This document shows, piece by piece, positions 11,301 to 18,816 of a stretch of 61,563 nt of DNA; positions within the stretch are counted from its first letter, which is position 1, and each line of letters starts with the position of its first letter. The notes under the pieces are model-generated. The model searched no databases. It was not told the DNA's origin and saw nothing but the letters and a program-made list of their open reading frames with translations. The translations under genes were made by a program, and so were the position numbers. This DNA is from a virus. Its lineage: Duplodnaviria > Caudoviricetes. The DNA lies in IMG/VR virus record IMGVR_UViG_3300044678_000872, positions 1 through 61,563 of that record. The stretch is one strand, 5' to 3'.

Positions 11301-11505
11301 CCCATCAATAAAAGGTGGAAATCCTTCAGTAGAATTGGGTTCTGTACCAACAACACAAGCAACTATAAATAATACTCCAGTGTATACTTATAATGTAAAC
11401 GTAAATGTTCCAAATACAGATGCTTCTCCAGAACAAATAGCAAATGTAGTTGTAGCAAAACTTAGAAGAACATCAGATGCAAATTTAAGGAGTAGTAGAT
11501 TTTAA
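5368..11505 (+). CDS. Tape measure protein
   Basis: 2045 aa, Ala/Gln-rich helical, TP901-type core, hydrophobic segments, three LTPGEFVV repeats; follows the chaperone. Confidence 0.93.
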   Translation: MADVAKGIIDIEINTGNAAAQLKALQQQINAFTLSVNKNNSFQSNAAAKYTSELKDLINASRFFTAETVKMRTSAGALDATLRKGQGTLGQFFNAKFNRNSALFAETMGLASERARTMQTQFIATTGASRGMQEALAIRPLAAFNSQLTIASQRSQILTSMFKQGTTQLINFGKNVQWAGRQLMVGFTLPLTVFGTTAGKTFMELEKQAVAFKKVYGDIFTTPAELQGNLESVMALGREYTKYGIAVKDTVGLAAQAAAAGRRNKDLTDAVTQATRLATLGQMSQNEALDTTIALQSAFRLSGQELADTVNFLNMVENQTVVSLQDLAAAIPRVAPVIQGLGGDVKDMSVFLAAMQEGGVSAEQGANALKSGLGSLINPTKAATQMLAGFNINLDAIIQANRGDLMGTVMEFGKALQTLDEFSRQQVLEQVFGKFQYARLGALFENIVRDGSQANQVLQTMGFSSEQLRQTAEKELGVIENSFGVQLIAAIEKFKLAIAPIGQLFVELAIPVVNFITSIVDKFNSLPDFTKKFIAFATIITGLVIPAGTMFFGLLMNLSGTLAKLLQSIGIFSKGLMKGGLLGGVQALTQSMKYLSLEEIDAAIAAKQLGNATMSSNDAFRQQVAAAEGARVAVKNLGDTYQYLIARMAEAAGLSKVTFATPGTALKTAQARSKNIKGAFPRRFATGGPVPGSGNQDTVPAMLTPGEFVVTKDATKSIGTKFLERLNMGGVAGYKNGTKKIENQINLEAMKNEAGATTSTQSERQSTLGASQRAHNIAGQTAVAGPGGVSTSRGVIPEGYTYQKLADRIIDIDATLNNNLKDKGVTGRQLLNDFKARKMSVFQTMDNQFVNFFEDEKIRLQTTTNLNSGQIAKKLRQIEANYTKTKKQIYRRYIKTFSRYPDRVFTDTDLGKVSNQVYRVFDKNSTLKNFHNELKQFRSTRIRKTELKETARSAGLSTKGTIPELLNRIEDDRVAKGLAPMDSKLKSNIINRGTNEPAKGSKESRLFYGDKNKGGRFNRREYVKTIAKVLGKKFAKGGSVPSLLTPGEFVVNKDAAAANRPFLDALNAGQVKKFQFGTPAAEYDTEAGPMTRSQSRKMGIRSVGNRVRGGASAASFGGFLVGGALQTSSNEAARSIGGVVIAASMAQQAFSLLGPVVKKLAIRLPMLTNPVGLAITGFMATAGILTYVFNKQLAKLTDASAAMTRAMYGGSESLENFAQAYGRKTFRQQAIESATSAVGGQTSQESQQFSSQFMQQDQGQQLLESIRKIRKEGGDAVQALRNQLSQAVVSGLITTEEAKTIAKDVGVALNDQNLAVNAVGQIVELLGPNGEKLDNNTMQIIAEISPKFNFAEMRAQAEKAYQEDTGFFAKLFGRKEDQTQAVLTADVVQGLAITTENFANATAKARDQYINGQIDLKKYNEEIAAYAVAVGTESTKATQIFARNIGISVNDIEKFAKEVEVKGSYGDKVWTEPTKRAKQIQAFFKEQRNGIDTMLEGLGDKTSNELINGILKFSGGEGPKSAEIFNQMLTGTLSQDLLNQIVTFLNSQGLTDAANQFKSKFAISTRPAGFIGPVAPNSVTPGEEQPPEPAQKSKIQLLQESITQTKEYTKAIDTLMKKGLTAEAAANLDAATAIEIVKTGRYKLIKSINDQVTAQAVLQNVLKSKDERRQDILDAENDAIDNNISLIQDQINAVNRLNELDQRQVSLRQKGLDELSKKETAVNKVYNDRVSALTRVKEANAQVTQQQQDRVNLASALTGGDIAAAAQAAATMTENFASGQIDQAQAELDLQRQREVEALTVSVNGQLLTRQQIESQIDVFNERIYQRNLATLPLQDQIFGQEQRKLAIQREIDNIQLNIRQKQIQEEQRAGRLVGYYKSMAWWTNQRAKGTFEGEPQATGGVIQKKAFGGFLKYTSNEPAPGMAMGGKMKKYAVGNIVPGLGNTDRVPALLTPGEFVVRKSVASENMDMLKALNGDVFPSIKGGNPSVELGSVPTTQATINNTPVYTYNVNVNVPNTDASPEQIANVVVAKLRRTSDANLRSSRF

Positions 11506-12089
11506 TGGCTACATCAACATATTTTCAAAATAGATTTGAATATGCAAGACCACAGGCTATAGCATGGGCTAATTCATACACAATAAGTGGTGGATTATTT
11601 CTTCCAGAAGGTAATACTGAAGGAGAAGACTTTTTAATTTTATCTGATCATAATAGAAGTGATATTAATTTTACAAAACAAAGATTAGAAAACAAACAAA
11701 GAATGATTTCAGGAGCAATGCGTTCATACCACATTGCAGATAAGGTTAACGTATCATGGTCTTGGGAAATGCTTCCATCAAGAGCCTTTAGTGGTGACCC
11801 TGGATTTGATTCCTCTGGACTACAAACATATTCAGCAACTGAATACACAGCAGACGGAGGAGCAGGAGGGGTTGACATAGTTAAATGGTACGAAAATCAC
11901 CCTGGCTCTTTCTTTATGTTTTTAGCATACGATAGATTTGATAGATTTGAAAGTGTTCCATATTCACACTTAGGACAATATAATGAAGTAGTAGAAGTTT
12001 ATTTTTCTGACTTTGATTATTCGGTTATTAAAAGAGGTCCAACAACACATGATTTCTGGAATATATCGGTAGCAGTTGAGGAAGTATAA
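11505..12089 (+). CDS. Distal tail/minor tail protein
   Basis: Directly after the tape measure gene, coupled; 194 aa, beta-rich. Confidence 0.6.
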   Translation: MATSTYFQNRFEYARPQAIAWANSYTISGGLFLPEGNTEGEDFLILSDHNRSDINFTKQRLENKQRMISGAMRSYHIADKVNVSWSWEMLPSRAFSGDPGFDSSGLQTYSATEYTADGGAGGVDIVKWYENHPGSFFMFLAYDRFDRFESVPYSHLGQYNEVVEVYFSDFDYSVIKRGPTTHDFWNISVAVEEV

Positions 12090-15000
12090 TGTTTACAGAT
12101 GAAGACTTATTAGATCATCTCCAAACAGTAAATACCTTACAAATAGAATCACTGGTAACTGCTGAATGGAATCTTAATGATTTGCAAGAAATAAATAACT
12201 ATGGAAATTATAGATATAGACCAAACGATTCTGCATCTCCAATATACAACGCACTTATTTCTTCTTATGATAGTAATGATGAAGGTAATTTTTATTTAGA
12301 TTCTTTAGAGTCAACAGTTATATCAGAATATGCTGTGGATAATAATGATGCATCTTTATTGTTTACTACCCCAGAAGTTGATAGGTCTTTATACTTTTCA
12401 CTAAAAGAATGTTTTCAACCATTTAGACCAAGGTCGGGTATTAATAAAGTATTATTTTTTAATGATAAGTATGTTGATAATATAACTTCAGCAAGAAGAC
12501 CAAGATATTATTTTGCATCTAGATATGATAAATTTAAATACTGGAATTCATATAGAAAAGAACTATATAAAGCAAGTGCTAGTGCAAACTTTATTAGTAA
12601 AGAAAGGGGTATATCAAGTCAATCTGATGTAAATGAAATAGGTTATGAGATTGAAGATACAGTACCATTTATAGTTTATGAGGATGATTTTGCTATTAAT
12701 AGAATAGTTGTTAAAATGCAAACTAACTTAGCAGAGTCATCAAAAGGTTTAGTAAGAAATGTTTTAGATGGCGTAAGTTTAGAAGATCCTTTAGGAGATA
12801 GAACTAAATCAAGCATCCCAAAACGTTGGAATATTCAATATCTAGATCAAAGTGATAACTGGATAAATGCTATATCATTTGACGAGGACAGCACAAGAAG
12901 AGATGGAACTGATGTTGTTAAATGGGATGGGTATACAGAAATTTATTATGGCTTGATTGTGCCAGATGACTATAAAAATAATTTTAATTTAGTAGATAGT
13001 TTAAGTTCAAGTGCATTTTTAGTTAATGGACTTTTAGCAGGAGAGTCATATTTAGTTGGTTCAGACATAAATAATGCTGGAGAACTTTATATTTGGAATG
13101 GATCATCTTGGGATATATCTGTACCAGAGTATGGTTTTTCTTTGGTAGAAGATGATGACACAAAAAGAATTGGAATGGTTAGAACATTAGTTGATCCAGA
13201 ATATTTTGATACTGATGGGGTTAGAACGTATAGGGAAGTAAAGTATATACGAGGTTTGCGGGTAGTGGTAGAAACAATGTATGGACCTAATACTACTTTT
13301 GATTTAATAGAATTATCTCCTAGGCTAAAAGCAGATATATCAAACTATGTAGTATCATTTGAAACAAATAGATCTTTGGCTAAGTCAAATACTGGTTTGC
13401 CAGTGGGTGGACTAGTTGCATCTAATGGTCAAATTAATTTAATGAACTATGATGAAACTTTTAGTGAAAACAATGAAGATAGTCTTATTCAAGGACTATT
13501 AAAGCCAAATGTAAAGTTTGATTTTTATGAAGGAATTTTAGATGTAAATGGATTTGATAAATTTATACCAATTAAAACTTTATACTCAGAAGAGTTTCCT
13601 GTAGTTGTAGGTGGATTATCTGATATATCAGTTTCACTTAGAGATAGTTATTTTAGATTTGAAACAGCGGTAGCACCTTCAATATTATTAAACAATACTA
13701 CACTTACAAAAGCAGTAGCAGTTTTATTAGATAATATTGGGTTTAGTAATTATATATTTAAAAATATAACAACAAAAAATGATCCAGTTATTCCGTATTT
13801 CTTTGTTGAGCCAGATGCTTCAGTTTCAGAAATATTGGAAAGACTTTCTGTCTCAACACAAACAGCAATGTTTTTTGACGAAAACAATGATTTTGTAATA
13901 ATGACAAAAGACTATCTACTGCCAGAAACAGCAGATAGGTCAACTGACTATATTTTATACGGAGAAAGAACAGCAGTATCTAGTGGATCAGTTTTACCAA
14001 ACATTATTAGTGTAGAAGGGGTAGAAACAAAGATTCTTAATAATGGAAAAATTAACTATATTACTAGATATATTCAAAGATCTGCAGCATCATTATCTCA
14101 AGCAACTAAAGTTGATGAAGATAGAACTTACATATATAAACCAGTTTTATTATGGGAAGTTGGAAATGATATAGCAACAAAAACAATTAACGAACAGTCT
14201 AAATCAACTGGATTTGCATTGGGTGCTGTTGCTTTAAATACAACACTTAGTGCTGAGCCGCCACGAGTAGAAAGTAATGTAGTTATAAATAACATTATAG
14301 ACTTAGGAGAAAATGTTTACTGGCTTCCAAGATTTCAAGGGTACATGTATGCAAATGGAGAGATTATTAGATATGACGCTGTTGAATATATAATTCCAGG
14401 TCAAGGAGTAAGTTGGATATCAAATAATCAAGAGTATCAAAAATATTTTTCTACATTACCATTTAATGGAAAAATGTATCCAACTGGAAATGTTAGAATA
14501 TACTCAGAGCCATACTATATTAATTTAACTTCTGCAAGTGTTGTTGGTTTAGATCCAGGAGTAACTTATAAAAACGGAGAAGTAAAAACTCACGGTAGAG
14601 CACAGTTTGGTACAACAATAACAGAGCATAGTTCTGGACTACCTTCATACTGGTCAAACAATAATAATGTTCGTGGTTTAAAAATGTCTTCTAATTATAT
14701 TTTTACTACAACACCAACAGATTTAATTAGTAAGCCACAAAAAGCAAGCACAGCCTTAACTATTGGTATGGATAATACAACAGCATTATCGTCAACAAGA
14801 ACTGGTATTATTGCAAACTTTATGCGTCAATCTATACCATCTGATGACGTAATTAAAGATTATAAAACAACTTCATCTGGAACAATTCAATCATCAGCAT
14901 TTGTATTTACAGGTCCAACTCCAATGCCAACAGCAATAGATAAAAGAGATTTTGTTACATATGTTTATAAAGAACTAGAGTCAGACTTTAAGCACTTTGG

Positions 15001-16456
15001 AACTAGGATGAGAATTATTGGAAAATCAAAATCTGGAGATAAAGTTTTAACACCTCAAAATGCTACTGACTACTACACGGTAGAACCTCTAATTGCAAAC
15101 GATACTCCAAAAATTGAAGGTGGCTCTGGAGGTATATCATTTCTTTTAAATCCAGATAAAGGTCAAGGATATTTTTATGAAATAATATCTTTAACTGGAG
15201 ATAACTTAGAAAGATACACAACAGCAGATGGAACTACAGGTCAAACAACAAGTGTTGTTCACAACATTATATTTTATAAAGTACAGCCAGGAACAGTAAA
15301 CGGACAAACAGTAGCAGTTCCTTATAAACTGTGGGGTGGTCTTGGAAAAATATTAGTAGATGAGGGAAGATTTGTTGGAAATGACAGGGTAGTAAATCAA
15401 CAAAATCCAACAGTATATGATTTATCTGCTGAATACGAAGACATTGGAACAACTAGAAGATTTTATTTATATTTAAACAATACTTTAATATCTATAGTAG
15501 ACGATACAGATCCTTTACCAATATATAACAATATTGCTTTATTTACTAGAGGATCTTCAAAATGTATGTTTGATAATGTATACTCTTTAAAAAATCTTCA
15601 AAGTAAAGAAAGTAGTGTTTCTGTAGTTAATAGTACATCCAAACCTTTTTCAAATAGAGAGATTCTTTCATCAGATGCATTAAGAACATACGCAATATCT
15701 GGAATAGTTCAATCAACATATTTATCTGGTATTAGTGCAAACAGTGGTCCTAAGTATTCAATATACTATGATGAGTTTGGAACTATATTAAGAGAGTGTG
15801 CATATTTTAATATTAAGTACGATAAAGCATATCCAGCATTTTTAGCATTCTTAGCACCAACATTTAATAGTGAAAGAACGTATACAGCCTCTGGATTTAG
15901 AGCGGGGTCATATGGTGCAGAATTTTTAATTTTTAATAATACAGATAAGGCTATAGTTCTTGATGAAACTTCAGGTAGTTATCTAAGAATTATAGGGGTT
16001 ACATTTACACAAAATACATCAAATGTATTGACAGTAGACGATTACTTTAAAGATTTATCTAATTTCAGTGATCCAGTAATTGTTAACAATGTTATTACTT
16101 CTCCACAGATATCAGACAAAACATATCAAAGTGTTAAAACAAGTAGATCAAAGTATGGAGATAGATCTTTTAGTTTAGAGTCCCCATATATTCAAAGCGA
16201 TGATCAAGCACGAGATATAATGGATTGGATGATTAAAAAAACTATAAGACCAAGAAAGAATGTTTACATTGAAACTTTTGGTACCCCACATTTACAGTTA
16301 GGTGACTTAGTGACAATAGATTATAGATTTCCAGAGCAAAATAATCAAGAAGGAACTTTGTTTGTTGATAAAGATAAAAAATTTGTTATTACAGAAATAT
16401 TTTATTCTAGATCAACTAGTGGTGTAAGAAATAGGTTAAGGATGGTTGAAGCATAA
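12089..16456 (+). CDS. Large tail tip/baseplate hub protein
   Basis: 1455 aa; C-terminal SKYGDRSFSLESPYIQ...GTPHLQLGDLVTI resembles tail hub (Tal/gpJ-like) proteins. Confidence 0.7.
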   Translation: MFTDEDLLDHLQTVNTLQIESLVTAEWNLNDLQEINNYGNYRYRPNDSASPIYNALISSYDSNDEGNFYLDSLESTVISEYAVDNNDASLLFTTPEVDRSLYFSLKECFQPFRPRSGINKVLFFNDKYVDNITSARRPRYYFASRYDKFKYWNSYRKELYKASASANFISKERGISSQSDVNEIGYEIEDTVPFIVYEDDFAINRIVVKMQTNLAESSKGLVRNVLDGVSLEDPLGDRTKSSIPKRWNIQYLDQSDNWINAISFDEDSTRRDGTDVVKWDGYTEIYYGLIVPDDYKNNFNLVDSLSSSAFLVNGLLAGESYLVGSDINNAGELYIWNGSSWDISVPEYGFSLVEDDDTKRIGMVRTLVDPEYFDTDGVRTYREVKYIRGLRVVVETMYGPNTTFDLIELSPRLKADISNYVVSFETNRSLAKSNTGLPVGGLVASNGQINLMNYDETFSENNEDSLIQGLLKPNVKFDFYEGILDVNGFDKFIPIKTLYSEEFPVVVGGLSDISVSLRDSYFRFETAVAPSILLNNTTLTKAVAVLLDNIGFSNYIFKNITTKNDPVIPYFFVEPDASVSEILERLSVSTQTAMFFDENNDFVIMTKDYLLPETADRSTDYILYGERTAVSSGSVLPNIISVEGVETKILNNGKINYITRYIQRSAASLSQATKVDEDRTYIYKPVLLWEVGNDIATKTINEQSKSTGFALGAVALNTTLSAEPPRVESNVVINNIIDLGENVYWLPRFQGYMYANGEIIRYDAVEYIIPGQGVSWISNNQEYQKYFSTLPFNGKMYPTGNVRIYSEPYYINLTSASVVGLDPGVTYKNGEVKTHGRAQFGTTITEHSSGLPSYWSNNNNVRGLKMSSNYIFTTTPTDLISKPQKASTALTIGMDNTTALSSTRTGIIANFMRQSIPSDDVIKDYKTTSSGTIQSSAFVFTGPTPMPTAIDKRDFVTYVYKELESDFKHFGTRMRIIGKSKSGDKVLTPQNATDYYTVEPLIANDTPKIEGGSGGISFLLNPDKGQGYFYEIISLTGDNLERYTTADGTTGQTTSVVHNIIFYKVQPGTVNGQTVAVPYKLWGGLGKILVDEGRFVGNDRVVNQQNPTVYDLSAEYEDIGTTRRFYLYLNNTLISIVDDTDPLPIYNNIALFTRGSSKCMFDNVYSLKNLQSKESSVSVVNSTSKPFSNREILSSDALRTYAISGIVQSTYLSGISANSGPKYSIYYDEFGTILRECAYFNIKYDKAYPAFLAFLAPTFNSERTYTASGFRAGSYGAEFLIFNNTDKAIVLDETSGSYLRIIGVTFTQNTSNVLTVDDYFKDLSNFSDPVIVNNVITSPQISDKTYQSVKTSRSKYGDRSFSLESPYIQSDDQARDIMDWMIKKTIRPRKNVYIETFGTPHLQLGDLVTIDYRFPEQNNQEGTLFVDKDKKFVITEIFYSRSTSGVRNRLRMVEA

Positions 16457-17193
16457 TGGCTAAAAAAGGTACAACTAGACCATCAGGAAATACTGCTAAA
16501 GCACCAATTACTTCTAGTTCTCCAGCAGTAAAAAAATTAGCAGAGGCTGTTAAAAAAGCAAATACTGGAGTTCAGGGCACAAAAAAATCAGGAACATCTA
16601 GTAACAATTTATTTGCATACTCTTATACAAAACCATTTTATGCTAAAGTGGAAACAGATAAAACAAAAAAGAAAAAATCAAAAACTTTGCCAGGAGAAAC
16701 TCCTGCACCACCAGCCCCACCACCACCAGGTCCACCAGTATATGACGATAACATTCCTTATACTCCACCACCAGTTATGGTGCCAGAAAGAGATGTTGTT
16801 AATTTAGCGGTAGAACAACTTGATTCAAAAACTATAGAGAACTTACTATTTGAAAATATAGGAGCAAATGAATTAACTAAGTTTGTTAGACATGATACTG
16901 TGCAAGGAAATAATCCACTATACAATATTATTTCTAATCTATCAGACATTAGAAGAAAGTTTGACCCTGTTGATCTAATATCAGTTCAGGTACCAGACTC
17001 ACCATTTCAGGGTAACTCTATAGATTTAAATAAAAAAATTCCAACAGAAGAATATTTACAAGCATTAGGATTAACTGATTATGTATACATAGATTCAAAC
17101 GGAGATTTGATAATAGAGGTTGTTAATATGAGAGATAAAGAGATAGTAGAAGTCCAGATAGATTCAAATGGTACAATATACGAGGTGAACTAA
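16456..17193 (+). CDS. Virion-associated protein with Lys-rich N-terminus and polyproline linker
   Basis: Coupled within the tail module; APPAPPPPGPP tract. Confidence 0.5.
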   Translation: MAKKGTTRPSGNTAKAPITSSSPAVKKLAEAVKKANTGVQGTKKSGTSSNNLFAYSYTKPFYAKVETDKTKKKKSKTLPGETPAPPAPPPPGPPVYDDNIPYTPPPVMVPERDVVNLAVEQLDSKTIENLLFENIGANELTKFVRHDTVQGNNPLYNIISNLSDIRRKFDPVDLISVQVPDSPFQGNSIDLNKKIPTEEYLQALGLTDYVYIDSNGDLIIEVVNMRDKEIVEVQIDSNGTIYEVN

Positions 17194-17194
17194 T

Positions 17195-18346
17195 TTGATT
17201 ACAACAGACGGAAAACAGATAATTGCTAAGTATCTTTTAGATCAAGCACCAGCATTTGCAACCCATATTGCTGCTGGATGTGGAACTAAGCCACTGCTTA
17301 GTGGAGATGAGGCAAACATATCTGCCTCAGTTCAATCATTAGATTTTGAATTATTCAGAGAGCCAATTCTTGCAAAAGGTTTTGTAAATGAAGGTGGAGT
17401 AGAAAAAATAGTTTTTAAGGCTCAAATGCCAACTACCCAAAGATATTTAATTTCAGAGGTAGGTCTTTATCCAGCAGGAACAAATGTTATCGCTGGAAAA
17501 TATGATAGTAGATTGTTAGTTACATTTACATCAGCAGAACCTTGGTCATATGTAACAAATGGATCAGCATCTGCTATAGAGTTTGAACCAAATGGAGTTT
17601 TAAATTTAACAAGTGGAAGTGCAATAACTAACGACATTACCACAACAACAAAGGGTCAATTCATAAATTCTGATTCTACAATATTTAATACATCTTCAAG
17701 ATCATCTAGATTAGAGCAGCCAAGACTGCTTAGTCGTGCATTAATGGTTAGTGGGAGTAGTTCATTTTTAACACTAGACCCAGGGGACCCAACTAAACTT
17801 ATAGCAACTAGTAGTGCTTCTTATATAGAAAATAGTAGTATAAATTTTGATTTTAGTCAAAACATTACTACAGATAAATTAAAACTAGCATTTAGTTTAT
17901 TAAGTAGAACTGCTTCAGTAGACACCGCACCAGACTCTGTTAGAATTCTTTTAGAGTTTACAAATGGAACAACGTTACCAGGTACCTCACCAAAAGCAAA
18001 GTTAAGTATGATACTTTCATCATCTGACTTTCAGGTAGATGGTAATGCAAATAGGTATGTAGTAGTAACTAAATCTTTATCTAATTTTGAAAGAGATACA
18101 GATTTTACATTTTCAAATATTAATGGAATAAGGATATATACATCTATTTTAGTTGGGGGTGTGCCAACAGATAATTATTTAGTTGCATACGATGGGTTAA
18201 GAATAGACAATGTATCTACAATTAATCCACTATATTCTTTAGTAGGTTATGATGTTATTAAAACAGATAACGGTTTACCAATTTTAAAACAAGAAAATAC
18301 AAATAATTATATAGAGTATAGATTTGGTATTGGAGTGACGTCTTAA
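17195..18346 (+). CDS. Minor tail/baseplate protein
   Basis: MITTDGKQIIAKYLL...ISEVGLY N-terminus resembles tail-fibre collar/baseplate proteins. Confidence 0.6.
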   Translation: MITTDGKQIIAKYLLDQAPAFATHIAAGCGTKPLLSGDEANISASVQSLDFELFREPILAKGFVNEGGVEKIVFKAQMPTTQRYLISEVGLYPAGTNVIAGKYDSRLLVTFTSAEPWSYVTNGSASAIEFEPNGVLNLTSGSAITNDITTTTKGQFINSDSTIFNTSSRSSRLEQPRLLSRALMVSGSSSFLTLDPGDPTKLIATSSASYIENSSINFDFSQNITTDKLKLAFSLLSRTASVDTAPDSVRILLEFTNGTTLPGTSPKAKLSMILSSSDFQVDGNANRYVVVTKSLSNFERDTDFTFSNINGIRIYTSILVGGVPTDNYLVAYDGLRIDNVSTINPLYSLVGYDVIKTDNGLPILKQENTNNYIEYRFGIGVTS

Positions 18347-18816
18347 TGGCAAAGGTTATTATTCCTTTAGAAGAATTGCCACCACCAAATCGTGACGGAA
18401 CCCATGTTGTAAGATTTAGAATAATTACTGACGGTAGAGCAAGCATTTCAGAGTGGTCTAAACTTTTTAGAATGCAAAGTATTGGTCAGATAAGTGATGG
18501 TCTAGTATCCGCTAACTTAACAGTATTAAAAGTAGGTGGTCCATATGAAGTAAGATGGACACCGAGCATTGAAACTTTAGCATCAACTTCTGCATCAGCA
18601 AGTGTCAATAGTTATGATATATTTGTAGATGAAAATGATGGGAATGGATTAAAATATTACTCTAGAGTAAATACAAACTCAGTAACTGTATATAGTGATA
18701 CAACAACTAGCATTAGAGTATATGGTCAGTTACCAACACATCCAACTCCACCAATTACATCTCTTGCATTAAAAGAAACATTTGGAGTTTTTGATACAGG
18801 GATGATTAGTTTATGA
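18346..18816 (+). CDS. Minor tail protein
   Basis: Coupled within the tail module; beta-rich. Confidence 0.45.
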   Translation: MAKVIIPLEELPPPNRDGTHVVRFRIITDGRASISEWSKLFRMQSIGQISDGLVSANLTVLKVGGPYEVRWTPSIETLASTSASASVNSYDIFVDENDGNGLKYYSRVNTNSVTVYSDTTTSIRVYGQLPTHPTPPITSLALKETFGVFDTGMISL